A DNA stretch of 64,000 nt from Eledone cirrhosa (taxonomy: Eukaryota), in contig OZ024743.1 in NCBI GenBank assembly GCA_964016885.1, positions 372,124,001 through 372,188,000 on the forward strand. The letters are read 5' to 3'. The notes beneath the pieces are model-generated. The model was not told the origin of the DNA. It made no database searches and was given only the letters and a program-made list of their open reading frames with translations. Made by a program: the position numbers and the translations under genes. This document shows, in pieces, positions 62,201 through 64,000 of this stretch. The number at the start of each line of letters is the position of its first letter. Within the stretch, counting starts at the first letter, position 1.

Positions 62201-63249
62201 TGTCTGTGTGTGCGTGTGGCTATATGGTATATCCGTGCACGTGTCTATAGCTATACGTGTATTTGTATCCGCATTTGTGTGACTGTGGATGGATATCTAT
62301 ATATGTATCCCACGGTCAAGATCAATACACAAGGCGGTCTGAACCGATGTGGTGATGTAATCACACGACCACATATCTGTAAGACTTTCTTCATTCCTAT
62401 GTTAAATTCTCCCGTCTATAAATATCTGTCACAACTTGTCTGTCTCAGTATCCATGTACCAATCCCTACACGCACGAATGTGTGGGGAGGTATGTGGTTG
62501 ATATATCACAGAATAGATATATATTGTTACTAACAAGAGGAAGGCAACGATAGCAACAGTAACAATAACAACAACATATGTGTGTATACACCAACATCAT
62601 ACCAGTAATCACCACACGACAATACTACTACTATTGCCACTACTAATAAGAAATCATCAGTATACGGATTCTATGCTTAATTCCTATAACAATTGTATTT
62701 GTTTCAAGCAAGGGAGTGATGGAATCTATGCGGTTGCTTGACCTGCTGGAGGCGGCGGTCAAATCTCTTTCAGGTCACACCACACCCGCCTGAACTGAAG
62801 CAGGACTCTTTTATCGACAGCTTCGGGGTGGGTTCCGGGGGGAAATATGTGTCGGGATTGAGTAAACGAACTTTCGATATGACATTTTGTTCGTGATCGC
62901 ACTTCGTGAACGCATCACATACATGTTTTTTCCTCCACAGTCTCTGACACTTCTCGGAACTCTCCAGTTTCAGCTTCCTCTCTTCGGTGCTTTAGCATCT
63001 TTCGGCTCCAACTTTGCACTTTCGTCGAATTTGCCGTTTTGAATGCATGCACGCACACACATGGTATGCATCTCAGCACTTCTTTGTTTCGGTGCATCTC
63101 AGGACTCTTTCGTCTTTGTGACTTACTGTTCTAAAAAAAAAAAAAATGTTAACTCCTTTTTCTTTTTTTTCCTCTCCTTTTTCTTTTCTTCCTTTCACTG
63201 TTATCGAACTTGCTGCTTTGGATGCCCGGACACACACGGCACTCGTTTC

Positions 63250-64000
63250 AAACGTCATGCGTGCACTCACCCCCAGGCACAGTTTACAATCCTCCGTTCT
63301 AGCTCGCTCCCAACCTCCTATTCCGTGCAGCCCAGGCATCTCTTCTCCTTACCCATATAACGGAAGATTTGACCTCCCGCACCCCGAACTCCTCAACCTT
63401 CCACCCCACGGGAGATTGACCGGTGCCACTCGTGCGTCACGCATAATAGGCGCAAGAGAGGAAGGAACTGCCCCAACTGCAACAGATTCTTCCACCTCTA
63501 TTGCGTCAAACTCACAAGATGCGCGTCAGACTCCTTGCACCGGTGGCACTGCCCAACATGCCTATCCACCCCGACACTACAGGTGGTCACGAGCGCCGAC
63601 CCTACGGGGACTTGAACCCACTCGACTCGTACGAGTGTCTGGTGGTGATACCCCGCCTCAGGCAGTCGTGGAGAGTCATCACCAGGATCCCCAGGTCTAC
63701 TCGCACTCCCGTGGCTGAAGGGCTAGCGACTTAAATCGACCGAGCGCTTGACTCGGATGATCCACGGGACTGGACCAGACTTCAGTTTTGCTACTCTCGT
63801 ACTCAGGATCCTGTTGGTGAGGAAGGCGACGGTAAGAGACAGATCTGGCCCATCCCTGGCTTCGAAGATCAAGGGCAATGTCGCCTCTTTCTGCGACCTT
63901 TCACCCGCGAACCTCTCAGCACTCTCATGCTGCCCACAAGTGCTAACACAACGCCCCCAATTCACCAACGACAGCACGAAACGTCTCCGAGACAGAGTCA
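63250..64000 (+). mobile_element. 5' part of a probable CRE-like REL retrotransposon with an N-terminal PHD finger; continues past the window
   Basis: 63424-63561 translates CHSC..CPNC...HLYC...WHCPTC (C4HC3); downstream RIPRSTR..AEGLA*IDRAL...W.RL and SLASKIKGNV. CRE assignment rests on remembered similarity only. Confidence 0.55.

Noticed and set aside
63146-63718. 190-aa ORF with YNGRFD resembling a PolB exonuclease motif
   Set aside because: No other polymerase motifs; an overlapping frame gives a much better PHD-finger reading.

Overview
Eukaryotic, repeat-dominated DNA, most likely from an octopod cephalopod (inferred from the tRNA-derived SINEs, RTE/Tx1/Dong LINEs and dense (TA)n, (CA)n and (TAA)n microsatellites). 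The only host gene I can support is at the left edge: three spliced minus-strand exons (5851-5605, 5173-5057, 374-237) encoding the N-terminal part of an NRPS-type adenylation domain, with a 3.7-kb Helitron in one intron. The rest is decayed mobile DNA: two Tx1/L1-like LINEs, three Dong/R4-like REL LINEs, several RTE-like LINEs, a Tc1/mariner (maT-like) relic, Penelope-like elements (PLEs), and the PHD-finger 5' part of a probable CRE-like retrotransposon at the right edge. The most unusual structure is at ~37.7-56.6 kb: nested and interleaved inverted duplications anchored in (TA)n tracts, containing PLE GIY-YIG fragments and several sequence-unrelated minimal type-I hammerhead-ribozyme folds, three of which have a U-U pair at the base of stem II. 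All calls were read by eye with no alignment or folding; TE boundaries are approximate.
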